The notes beneath the pieces were generated by a model that worked only from the letters and a program-made list of their open reading frames with translations, was not told where the DNA came from and searched no databases. Position numbers and translations under genes: made by a program. This document shows, piece by piece, positions 1-8,082 of a DNA stretch of 47,546 nt (position 1 is the stretch's first letter; each line of letters begins with the position of its first letter). The DNA lies in contig JABWCK010000004.1 of NCBI GenBank assembly GCA_013360305.1, positions 1 through 47,546 of the forward strand, given 5' to 3'. This stretch comes from Candidatus Micrarchaeota archaeon (GTDB lineage: Archaea > Micrarchaeota > Micrarchaeia > Norongarragalinales > Norongarragalinaceae).

Positions 1-31
1 TCAAGGACTCCATGATATCGCTAAAAGCCAT
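1..31 (-). CDS. 5' end of an unidentified gene leaving the window (MAFSDIMESL...)
   Basis: Reverse complement of 1-31 reads ATG GCT TTT AGC GAT ATC ATG GAG TCC TTG. It lies about 32 nt downstream of a copy of the palindromic promoter module (64-90). Only 10 codons are visible. Confidence 0.2.
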   Translation of the reverse strand, partial: MAFSDIMESL

Positions 32-63
32 ACTAAAGTTTCTCAAACAACAAATGTAAAACC

Positions 64-90
64 AAACTTTTAGAAAAAGTTTGACCAAAA
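64..90 (-). promoter_or_regulatory. palindromic A/T promoter-like module (copy 1)
   Basis: Minus strand reads TTGGTCAAA-CTTTTTCTAAAAG-TTT followed by G. Same architecture as the modules abutting tRNA-Val, tRNA-Ala and tRNA-Gln. Confidence 0.45.
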
Positions 91-175
91 CAGACCAATA
101 ATATAAAACCAAACTTTTACGAAAAAACACCCTTAACGCAATGCTATAAAACTATTCTCGAGCAAAATATTTTTC

Positions 176-1834
176 GTGACTACACTAAAGAAAACAATTC
201 AAGAAATAACTACTTCACTGAAAGGACTAGTCGAAGACCCTCAGGTAATAATTAACAAGGACTACGCGTTAGGGTTATTTGCAGTGCCTGTTTTTCAACA
301 AGCCAAGAATAGCAAGACAAACCCCATGGAGCTAGCTAAAAAAGTTTCTGAAGCGTTAAACAAGAAAAAACACGTTTTCTTTGAAAAAACAACACCCTTA
401 AGCGGGTACATTAATTTTCACGTTTCACAACACTACTACCAAGAAGCAGTGACTGAATTGTTTGAAGAAAAAAAACACAAGAAAAACAACAAGACGGCAG
501 TAATCGAGTTCTCTCAACCCAACGTAGGCAAACCATTCCACGTTGGACACATTCGTTCCACCATACTAGGCGATGTTGTTTCAAACTTGCTTGAAGAAAT
601 TGGTTGGAAAGTAGTGAGAATGAATTACTACGGAGATTCAGGAAGCCAAGTAGCTAAACTCATCCTAGCCATGCAAGAATTGAAAGACTTGCCTAAAATC
701 AAGAACGAGAAAGACTTGTTGGCATACTATATAGAAATACACAAGAAAATAGAAGAAGACCCATCGCTTGCGGAAAAATCACGCTCCATACTAGAAAAAA
801 TTGAGTCAGGCGACTCTAAAGTACTAAAAGAATTAAAGCTAGTGCGTGAAAAAAGTTACGAAGCATTCAACCGAAACTATGCATTGCTTGGAATAAAATT
901 CGATGAAGAATTAGGCGAAAGCGATTTTATAGAAAAAAGCAAGACGATAGTAAAAGAATGCTTGGACAAGAAAATAGCCAAGATAGAACCAGGCGGCGAA
1001 ACACTAGCAGTACTAGAACCAGAACTACCAAATCTAGTAATACTCCGCTCTAACGGGACTACGTTATACTCAACTCGCGACTTGGCTTTAGCTGAATACA
1101 AGTACAAAAAATACGCTTTCGATTACAGCTTGATTTTAACATCCAGCGAACAAAACTTGTACTTCAAACAAGTCATTTTATTGTTAAACAAATTGAAAAA
1201 ACCTTTCGCAGAGAAATACAACCACTCGGGTTTTGGATTGATTACTTTAGAAGAAGGAAAAATGAGTTCTCGAGAAGGAAGAGTCGTATTTTTGGAAGAC
1301 GTGTTAAACCAAGCAGTCGACTTAGCTAGACAACAAATCAAGGAAGCATATACAGAAAAAGAATTAATGAAAATAAGCCACCATGTAGGAATTGGTTCAG
1401 TCAAGTTCGCGATCTTGAGAATAAACGCTGAAAAAAACATTGCATTCTCGTTGAAGAAAATAGTTTCATTCGAAGGAGACACTGGCGCGTACATTCAATA
1501 TACTTGCGTTCGAGCTAAGAATATTTTACGCAAAACCAAAGAAGAAGCAGTAATTCACGAATTAAACAATTCTGAATCAATAAAACTAGCTTGCACTCTC
1601 TCGCAATTCCATTCGATAATAGAGCAATGCGCGGAAAACAAGCAAACGCAACCATTATGCGATTACTTGCTCAAGCTAAGTGCGGACTATTCAGAATTTT
1701 ACTCGAAACAACCCGTCTTGAAGGCAGAAAGCAAGCAATTAATGCAAACAAACCTAGCATTAACTAAAGCAACTATTCAAGTAATAGAAAAAGGCTTGAA
1801 ATTACTAGGAATAAACATTCCGGAAAGAATGTAA
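176..1834 (+). CDS. argS: arginyl-tRNA synthetase
   Basis: 552-aa ORF. Class I HIGH-type motif PFHVGHIRS and ArgRS-style KMSKS equivalent GKMSSREG. Length and domain order fit ArgRS. GTG start. Confidence 0.85.
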   Translation: MTTLKKTIQEITTSLKGLVEDPQVIINKDYALGLFAVPVFQQAKNSKTNPMELAKKVSEALNKKKHVFFEKTTPLSGYINFHVSQHYYQEAVTELFEEKKHKKNNKTAVIEFSQPNVGKPFHVGHIRSTILGDVVSNLLEEIGWKVVRMNYYGDSGSQVAKLILAMQELKDLPKIKNEKDLLAYYIEIHKKIEEDPSLAEKSRSILEKIESGDSKVLKELKLVREKSYEAFNRNYALLGIKFDEELGESDFIEKSKTIVKECLDKKIAKIEPGGETLAVLEPELPNLVILRSNGTTLYSTRDLALAEYKYKKYAFDYSLILTSSEQNLYFKQVILLLNKLKKPFAEKYNHSGFGLITLEEGKMSSREGRVVFLEDVLNQAVDLARQQIKEAYTEKELMKISHHVGIGSVKFAILRINAEKNIAFSLKKIVSFEGDTGAYIQYTCVRAKNILRKTKEEAVIHELNNSESIKLACTLSQFHSIIEQCAENKQTQPLCDYLLKLSADYSEFYSKQPVLKAESKQLMQTNLALTKATIQVIEKGLKLLGINIPERM

Positions 1835-2452
1835 ATGAAATCATTTAGAGAACCCACTAAACTGCCTAAACCAGAAGTTGACAAAATCATTGAAAGAACA
1901 AACGAAGTAATTAGTTTAGCAAGACAATGTGAAAAGATCCTCTCACCTAACACCTTAGACTTAATAAGTAAAAAAGCCAGTTCAAAAAAAATAGACGGAA
2001 GCATAAAAACAACCGAACAACGCAAATTGATTGACATTTTAGCCGGAAAAAAACTAAAAATAATACGCGTACTAACTGAAGATGGAAGTTACTTGACAGG
2101 GCTAGCTTCTGAAGGTGGAAAAAGCGATAGTTATGAATACATCATTGCAACAACTCACCCAAACCATGTAGAAAAACAAGTTCAAATAAAATTTCCAGAA
2201 GCACATGAAATAAATTTTGAAAAACACTTACAAGAATTTGCAAACGAAATAGGATACCCAATAAATATCAGTACAGACGAAGAAGAAGAAGCCGAAGCAT
2301 GGATACGAGAACAAAAAACAGATCGACACATTATTGGAGTAGACACTCAAAAAAAGCTTATTCTCCTAGATGCTAGACATTTAAGAAAAGAAAAAATAAT
2401 GCGTGCTTTTTTCAATCATATGCACGAAGCACCTAACTTGCGCCTTAACTAA
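1835..2452 (+). CDS. hypothetical protein
   Basis: 205-aa ORF whose ATG directly abuts the argS TAA. Contains an acidic patch DEEEEAEAW. No motif recognised. Confidence 0.5.
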   Translation: MKSFREPTKLPKPEVDKIIERTNEVISLARQCEKILSPNTLDLISKKASSKKIDGSIKTTEQRKLIDILAGKKLKIIRVLTEDGSYLTGLASEGGKSDSYEYIIATTHPNHVEKQVQIKFPEAHEINFEKHLQEFANEIGYPINISTDEEEEAEAWIREQKTDRHIIGVDTQKKLILLDARHLRKEKIMRAFFNHMHEAPNLRLN

Positions 2453-3081
2453 ACGAATTCTTTCAGCCATTTTTTCGGGTTTTTAGATTTAACAAAAGCG
2501 CTCGCAAGCAAAACACCTTCTGCGCCCAAAGCGATTGACTCGACAAAATCAGAGTGGTTAGAAACACCCGCTCCAATCAAAGGAATTGACTTGCCTCCAA
2601 CTAAGTTAATGAATTTTTTTACTAGCACAGGCTCGTGAGTAGAAACGCTTTTGCCTGAACCAATTAGTTCAGGAGGCTCAAACGCTATAGCCCAAGGGCG
2701 CAACTCAATAATTTTCTTTGCTTCACTCAGCGAATCAACGCATACAACTAGCTTGAACCCAATCTTGTTTGCTTCGAGAATAATTTTTTTTAATTCATTA
2801 AACGGTTTTTTTCGCTCTGAATGATTCAACAAAGAACCATTAACTCCAATCGATTTCAATTGAGTTAAGCCAATGCTTCCAGTAAAAGCACCGAATTCAT
2901 TAGATTCACAGTCTTGAGCAAATATTTTTGCTTTAGGGAATTTTTTTCTTAAAAACAATAATTCTTGTTGTTGAGGGCAGATGAAAACATTCTTGAATCC
3001 AAGGGCAGCTGAAACTAGTTTTTCACTATTAGGAACAGCGCTTTCTTTGTATGCTTTAAAATTTAGAAAAACGTTAACCAC
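2449..3081 (-). CDS. tpiA: triosephosphate isomerase (short archaeal type)
   Basis: 210 aa. Motifs LLNHSERK (catalytic His region), AFEPPELIGSG (catalytic Glu) and IGAGVS phosphate loop. GTG start overlaps the upstream ORF by 8 nt. Confidence 0.8.
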   Translation of the reverse strand: MVNVFLNFKAYKESAVPNSEKLVSAALGFKNVFICPQQQELLFLRKKFPKAKIFAQDCESNEFGAFTGSIGLTQLKSIGVNGSLLNHSERKKPFNELKKIILEANKIGFKLVVCVDSLSEAKKIIELRPWAIAFEPPELIGSGKSVSTHEPVLVKKFINLVGGKSIPLIGAGVSNHSDFVESIALGAEGVLLASAFVKSKNPKKWLKEFV

Positions 3082-3607
3082 TGCGCATCCTCTTCAAAAC
3101 CAATCCGCCCAACAATATTGAAACGATTATCGACGCAGCCAGAACGAAAGATTCTGCTTCGCGCGGCTTTAAGTTAGTATAAGGAATAAAAGAAGGTTGT
3201 TGTACTCTAGCGGAAGTGCAGTAATTGAATGAAGTTAATTGTTTTTCTCCTTCAAATACTGAAATAATGCAAGAACCAGTTATTACAGGCAAAACCAAGT
3301 GAATTTCTTGGTCTGGAATAAAGAATTCTCTAGTGATTATTTGACCAGTATCTCCAGACACTTCTGCAGTCTTATACCTAGAGTCAGGTACTTTGATTTC
3401 TTTCAAAACGTTGGATCCGGCTAAGTATTTCAAAACTAAAAAGTGTTCTTGGGGCAAGGAATAATCAGGCAATTCAGCATAACCGTATTCCGCTTTCTCG
3501 AAAACTAAACCAGCTTCAGTAAATTGAAGAGTTACTAGCATTGCTTGTTGTTCTACTGCTGAAGCAAACAAGGCGAAAAACATTATTGTAAGAAAAACTT
3601 TTTTCAT
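3074..3607 (-). CDS. hypothetical exported/membrane-anchored protein
   Basis: 177 aa. N-terminal signal-like MKKVFLTIMFFALFASA and C-terminal hydrophobic anchor LAASIIVSILLGGLVL followed by KRMR. ATGA overlap with the upstream peptidase gene. Confidence 0.5.
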   Translation of the reverse strand: MKKVFLTIMFFALFASAVEQQAMLVTLQFTEAGLVFEKAEYGYAELPDYSLPQEHFLVLKYLAGSNVLKEIKVPDSRYKTAEVSGDTGQIITREFFIPDQEIHLVLPVITGSCIISVFEGEKQLTSFNYCTSARVQQPSFIPYTNLKPREAESFVLAASIIVSILLGGLVLKRMRSG

Positions 3608-5355
3608 TTGTATTTACTCAACTCGTATTCAATGCTCCAAACATCCGAAGGAGCATAAACTTCTCTTTCTAGCGACTGCATTACGCTGTCTTCAAACACT
3701 TCATGCCAATTCTCGTTGGCTACGCCAGATTTTACGTCAATGCTTCTGCAAGTATTGTTAAATACTCGGCCAGCTACATTGAAGCACTCGAATCGATTGT
3801 TAAACAAGTTAGGCTGTGGATCTTTTTGAACATAGTACCCGTCGCAGCAATACCTGTCGGCTAAACCGAAAGAGTGTCCAAACTCGTGTAAAAATAATTG
3901 AGGATTGTTTTTAGTCAAGAATATTTCGTTTCCACCAGAACCGCCATACTTGTCGGTATTAATTACTACTACTGAAACGTCAGCAAAAGGACAAGCTGCT
4001 GCATAACTTTCATCAAGATCGCAATTCCAAAGCCTCGATTCTACTCCAACATCACCTAGAATGCTGCATTCAACATTGAAAGGATAATAGTAAACGTTTA
4101 GTTTATTCTGGTTTTTTTCTTCAGAGAACGGCTTTAGAGAAAAAACGGATCCAGTGAAAGAATCCACTTGGTCAAGCAATTCATTAACATTCGAGAAGCT
4201 AGACGGAGAGAAAACTACATCGATTTTTTGAGAAGAATCTCCATGGTAAAGCAATTGCTTGCAAGGACTAATAATTACTTTAACTGGCTCGGATTCAACA
4301 ATTCTTCCAGTGAACCCAATTACTCTAACGAGCAAAGAATACTGGCCATTCAAGGGAGGAATTACTTGAATACTCCAGTCTTTTCCTCCTTGAGCCTTAA
4401 ACCAATTTTCTCCATCAAAACTAACCTGCACTTCCCTAGGTTGTTTTGACGACTTAACCCGTCCCTTAACTATAAGCAATGGTTCAGAAATAATTTTTTC
4501 ACTAGTAGGATAATCAATAAACAACTCAGAATCGTCAATTAATTTTTCAGTTAATAAAAACAAAGCACGCTTATCGTTCAATTTTAATAGTTTTATTACT
4601 ATACCAGAAGCTTCAATTTCGTTTCCTTCAGTTAAAATGGTTCTAGGAATAAGCGTTTTTTCTCCTTGAGAAATCTTTATTGAAGCAGAATTAGAACCAA
4701 CGTCAACTAATTGAATAGTTACTCCTTTAAAGGAATAAACGCCGTTTTTTTCTAGTTGTTCTTGAACTGATTCGCCTAAATCGTTTACTTGCGATTCGCT
4801 TGAAGCTTTTTCAGCATTTAAGAAATCAAAAGAAGAAGATTGAACTTGAGTTGGCTTCGAAACGATTTCAACTAACTTGTTTTTTGACAAAGACAACTCT
4901 AACGGCTCCAACCTTAAAGTAACAAAACTAGCTTGTTTTATGTCAACAATTTTCTCTTGCTTTTTGAAGCCATCGAGTTCAACTTTGAAAGAAACTAGTT
5001 TTTTAGGAACATTGTCAAAAAAAACCCTTCCACTTGCAGACAATGAACCGGCCATTTCTTGGCCGTCCACTAATAACAAAACCCTAGCGCCACTAATTGG
5101 AGAATTGTCTAAAGAACTAACTACGCTCAAGTTAACGCCAGTAGTATCGCGAGGTTGTGAAAACCACCACAGCAAGGTTAAAACTAAAACACCCAGCAAT
5201 ACTAGTAACGGCAGCAGTATTTTTTTTGGTTCTTGCAGAGAGTAATAAGTCTGATCTTCTTGGTCTCCTAAACTAATTGGAGAAATTTGACCACGACCAC
5301 CCCGGGGGCGTGCCCCCACACTGGTCGACCCTCCCCCGTTAAAAATTCTCGACAT
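3604..5355 (-). CDS. membrane-anchored zinc metallopeptidase, M64 (IgA-peptidase)-like
   Basis: 583 aa. One TM segment (LLPLLVLLGVLVLTLLWWF). A CarboxypepD_reg-like stretch (ISGARVLLLVDGQ). C-terminal GGSGGNEIF...LHEFGHSFGLADRY matches the M64 HEFGHSF-GLADEY zinc motif. The N-terminal 18 aa are encoded by GC-rich repeat copy A. Confidence 0.6.
   Translation of the reverse strand: MSRIFNGGGSTSVGARPRGGRGQISPISLGDQEDQTYYSLQEPKKILLPLLVLLGVLVLTLLWWFSQPRDTTGVNLSVVSSLDNSPISGARVLLLVDGQEMAGSLSASGRVFFDNVPKKLVSFKVELDGFKKQEKIVDIKQASFVTLRLEPLELSLSKNKLVEIVSKPTQVQSSSFDFLNAEKASSESQVNDLGESVQEQLEKNGVYSFKGVTIQLVDVGSNSASIKISQGEKTLIPRTILTEGNEIEASGIVIKLLKLNDKRALFLLTEKLIDDSELFIDYPTSEKIISEPLLIVKGRVKSSKQPREVQVSFDGENWFKAQGGKDWSIQVIPPLNGQYSLLVRVIGFTGRIVESEPVKVIISPCKQLLYHGDSSQKIDVVFSPSSFSNVNELLDQVDSFTGSVFSLKPFSEEKNQNKLNVYYYPFNVECSILGDVGVESRLWNCDLDESYAAACPFADVSVVVINTDKYGGSGGNEIFLTKNNPQLFLHEFGHSFGLADRYCCDGYYVQKDPQPNLFNNRFECFNVAGRVFNNTCRSIDVKSGVANENWHEVFEDSVMQSLEREVYAPSDVWSIEYELSKYK
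5291..5340 (-). repeat. GC-rich G5/C5-hairpin element, copy A (inside coding sequence)
   Basis: Minus strand reads AACGGGGGAGGGTCGACCAGTGTGGGGGCACGCCCCCGGGGTGGTCGTGGTC. It shares the collinear blocks GGGGGA, GGTCGA, ACGCCCCC and TCGTGGTC with copy B (28905-28976). Strong local GC spike in an AT-rich gene. Confidence 0.6.
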
Positions 5356-5388
5356 TTGAAAAAATTAATGACGCATAGTTAATATTGT

Positions 5389-6135
5389 TTATTTTAGCGA
5401 ATCAAATAATTCTTTTGCGTCACACTTGACGCCTAGTTTCTTGAAATACTTGCAAACATTCCAGCAATCGCTTTCCAAAAACTCTCTAGCACGAGGATGT
5501 TCAAGAGAAACTGCTTGAGCCCAGTCAATAAAAACCGGTTTTTCGTCGCGTACTAAAATATTGAAAGAACTCAAGTCGGCATGAACTAGTCCCGCTTTTA
5601 CGCATAATTTCATGTTTTCTACTACTTCGTTGAAAAACTTTTTAGGATTGCTTAAAACAACATCTTCAAGCAAAGCACAAGGCACTCCGTCAACGCCTAT
5701 GAACTCCATTAAAACCACGTTTTCTCGGTGATGCTTGGGTTCAGGAACTGAAACGCCTGCTTTGAATGATACTTGCAAGTTAGCGTATTCTTTTCTAGCC
5801 CACAATTTTACGAATTCTCTTTTAGAGTTCTTGACAGCGTCAACGTTGAACCTAGGATCGCCTTGAATGTAATCCATTACTTTATGAAAAGAAGTCGTCT
5901 CGTACTTGAATATTTTGACAGCAATAAACGTTTTCCTATAACCACTAGCTCGAAAAACAACTGCTTCCTTGCCTTGAGAAACAGGATAATCCAAACTCTT
6001 GAATACTGCCGAATTCAAGTATTTCACTAACACTTCAAGAGTGTGGTCATCAAACACTTTGCCGGAAATCTTTAACCTTTCTTTAAACGGTTTTTCTTCC
6101 CGAGAAGGACGCTTGCGTTTACTTAAAGTAGCCAT
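5389..6135 (-). CDS. RIO-type serine/threonine protein kinase
   Basis: GKEAVVF glycine loop, VAVKIFK lysine, LVHADLSSFNIL catalytic loop and FIDWAQAV. ATG at 6135 is preferred over the GTG at 6153 used by the ORF track. Confidence 0.8.
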   Translation of the reverse strand: MATLSKRKRPSREEKPFKERLKISGKVFDDHTLEVLVKYLNSAVFKSLDYPVSQGKEAVVFRASGYRKTFIAVKIFKYETTSFHKVMDYIQGDPRFNVDAVKNSKREFVKLWARKEYANLQVSFKAGVSVPEPKHHRENVVLMEFIGVDGVPCALLEDVVLSNPKKFFNEVVENMKLCVKAGLVHADLSSFNILVRDEKPVFIDWAQAVSLEHPRAREFLESDCWNVCKYFKKLGVKCDAKELFDSLK

Positions 6136-6174
6136 AGTAAAACAATAAAGCACAAGCTAGTATTTCAATTAAAA

Positions 6175-6465
6175 CTACTTGTGTTTTTTAGCGATTTCCC
6201 ATGCTTTAGGGTTATCAGCAAAAACAGAAACTTCTTCATGAAGCTGTTTTAAACGGCGATAATAATCCGCGCCAACATTCACGCTAGGCTGTTTATCTGA
6301 ATCAGGAGACAACCTGCGTTCTAGTTCTCGTCTGAAAGCCCATAATGAAACTCTTCCATTTCGAGTATTTAATTCTTCAAGAATGTTATGACCTTCGCTA
6401 AACCTTGCTCTATTCAAAAAAGACTTTATATGAGCATAATCGTTTGATTGGTGAATTCCGGGCAT
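6175..6465 (-). CDS. hypothetical protein
   Basis: 96-aa ORF wedged between aIF1A and the RIO kinase on the same strand. No motif recognised. Confidence 0.4.
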   Translation of the reverse strand: MPGIHQSNDYAHIKSFLNRARFSEGHNILEELNTRNGRVSLWAFRRELERRLSPDSDKQPSVNVGADYYRRLKQLHEEVSVFADNPKAWEIAKKHK

Positions 6466-6500
6466 ATTATAAGAAAAGAAGAAATAGAATTTATTACTTT

Positions 6501-6797
6501 TTACTGGAATTCTTTCAAGAATCCTCTTCTTCGCAAGTGATCTGCTTGAAGAGAAGTATACCTATAAGCAACATCAGCGCGCTCGTCGCCTTGAACAGCC
6601 CAAGGAACTACTAAAACATAGTCGCCTTCTTTGACCCAAATGCGTCTCTTTATTTTTCCAGGAACTCTACATAATCGTTCTTTTCCATCTTGGCATTGAA
6701 CAATCATTCTAGCTCCGCCTTGCATGGATATGACTAGCCCGAACAACTCGCCTTTTCGGGGAAGCCTTAATCTAAATTCTTGAGGTTGATCTTCCAT
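6501..6797 (-). CDS. eif1a: translation initiation factor aIF-1A
   Basis: 98 aa. S1-like OB core GELFGLVISMQGGARMIVQCQDGKERLCRVPGKIKRRIWVKEGDYVLV is typical of eIF1A/aIF1A. Confidence 0.85.
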   Translation of the reverse strand: MEDQPQEFRLRLPRKGELFGLVISMQGGARMIVQCQDGKERLCRVPGKIKRRIWVKEGDYVLVVPWAVQGDERADVAYRYTSLQADHLRRRGFLKEFQ

Positions 6798-7201
6798 TAT
6801 CTACTCGCCGGCCTCTTTGCTCCACAAGCTTGACACACTACAGTAGTCACGCCGTCAATAGTTTTCAAGTCAGTATCGGGACGCCCGCACTCCTTGCAAA
6901 CGACTCTTCCATTAAAATAATCACTAATTTTTTCATTAACTAACCTAGCATTAACTTTAGCCTGCAAAACTAGTTGAGTACCATTTAACACGCCCGGAGT
7001 AGCTAGTTCCTTGAACAAGTACTTCATTAAATCATTAGGGTCTCTTCTTAGTTTTTGGCAAATAGCATCAAAATTTCGAATAATCGTCTTGCTTCCTTGA
7101 ATAAACAATTCTGCTTGAGGCAAAACAAACCTTTCGCCCGAACTAGTCTTGTCCGGAACCTGCTGCTTCAACTTGTCTAATAATTGTTCGTAACTATCCA
7201 A
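6797..7201 (-). CDS. eif2b: translation initiation factor aIF-2 beta subunit
   Basis: 134 aa. N-terminal YEQLLDKL helix and C-terminal zinc ribbon CKECGRPDT...CQACGA. TTG start preceded by GGAGAG. 1-nt overlap with aIF1A. Confidence 0.8.
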   Translation of the reverse strand: MDSYEQLLDKLKQQVPDKTSSGERFVLPQAELFIQGSKTIIRNFDAICQKLRRDPNDLMKYLFKELATPGVLNGTQLVLQAKVNARLVNEKISDYFNGRVVCKECGRPDTDLKTIDGVTTVVCQACGAKRPASR

Positions 7202-7258
7202 AAAACCACAACTCTCCTAAAAAAAAGCTTTTCTTGTAAAATATTCTTGAATAAAGGA

Positions 7259-8050
7259 TTATAAAAAGCTCACTGCGAACACTAGCCCACTAGCAACTAG
7301 CGAACCGCCTACTATCGGCGGCAAAGCCGGGTAATAACCCCGCCTAGCTTCCATTACTACAATCAAGCAAAACAAGCCAATTACTGAACCAATTATTGAA
7401 GCCAAACCGTAAACCAAACTAGTCTTCAAGAAAGCAGTCGCAAGCATTACAGGAATAACCAAGTCGCCTGTTCCCAGAGTAATTCTTTCTTTTTGAACGT
7501 TTAAAGAAACAGCAAAAGCCGCTTTTCTTTCTCCTAGTTTTTCAGCTAAAGCAACCATGTGCTTCGAGTAAAACACTGCATACAAGTCGTAAGCACTCAA
7601 ACCAATTCCTAGAATAACCGCAGGTAAAAAGTCAAGCGACGCGCCAAGCAATCCCCCAACTACGCCTGCAGAAAACAACAACAACGGTACACGCATTTTT
7701 TCACTCGCTAGCCTTAAACCAGCCGCTGCCAATCCGGCAATCATTGATAGTTCTTGAGAAACAAACAAGGAAGCGAATACTTGCGCGGCAGAAAAATAAA
7801 GCAAGTACTCAACAACTTGAAAAAGAGAAGCCCCCTTGTAAAACTTTAGTATCAAAAACAACATTACTGTAGAGAACAACACGTATCCAATAATGAATAC
7901 TGCGTTGCTTACGTCGCCCGGGTCTTCAAAAAAGCTTTGCCCGCTTAAAAACAAAGTCCAGCCAGTAAACAAGCCGAAGACTAAAGCAGCCGCAAAATAA
8001 ACTAGCAAAAGCCAAGAAACAAAACGAATCTTAATCATTATACCCAACAA
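7259..8050 (-). CDS. presenilin/signal-peptide-peptidase-like intramembrane aspartyl protease (A22 family)
   Basis: Polytopic 263-aa protein carrying the three A22 signatures in order: YD (SAYDLYAV), GxGD (LGTGDLVIP) and PAL (YPALPP). Confidence 0.7.
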   Translation of the reverse strand: MLGIMIKIRFVSWLLLVYFAAALVFGLFTGWTLFLSGQSFFEDPGDVSNAVFIIGYVLFSTVMLFLILKFYKGASLFQVVEYLLYFSAAQVFASLFVSQELSMIAGLAAAGLRLASEKMRVPLLLFSAGVVGGLLGASLDFLPAVILGIGLSAYDLYAVFYSKHMVALAEKLGERKAAFAVSLNVQKERITLGTGDLVIPVMLATAFLKTSLVYGLASIIGSVIGLFCLIVVMEARRGYYPALPPIVGGSLVASGLVFAVSFL

Positions 8051-8082
8051 TGAAGTAGTTTAAAATAAAAAACAAGCACTCT

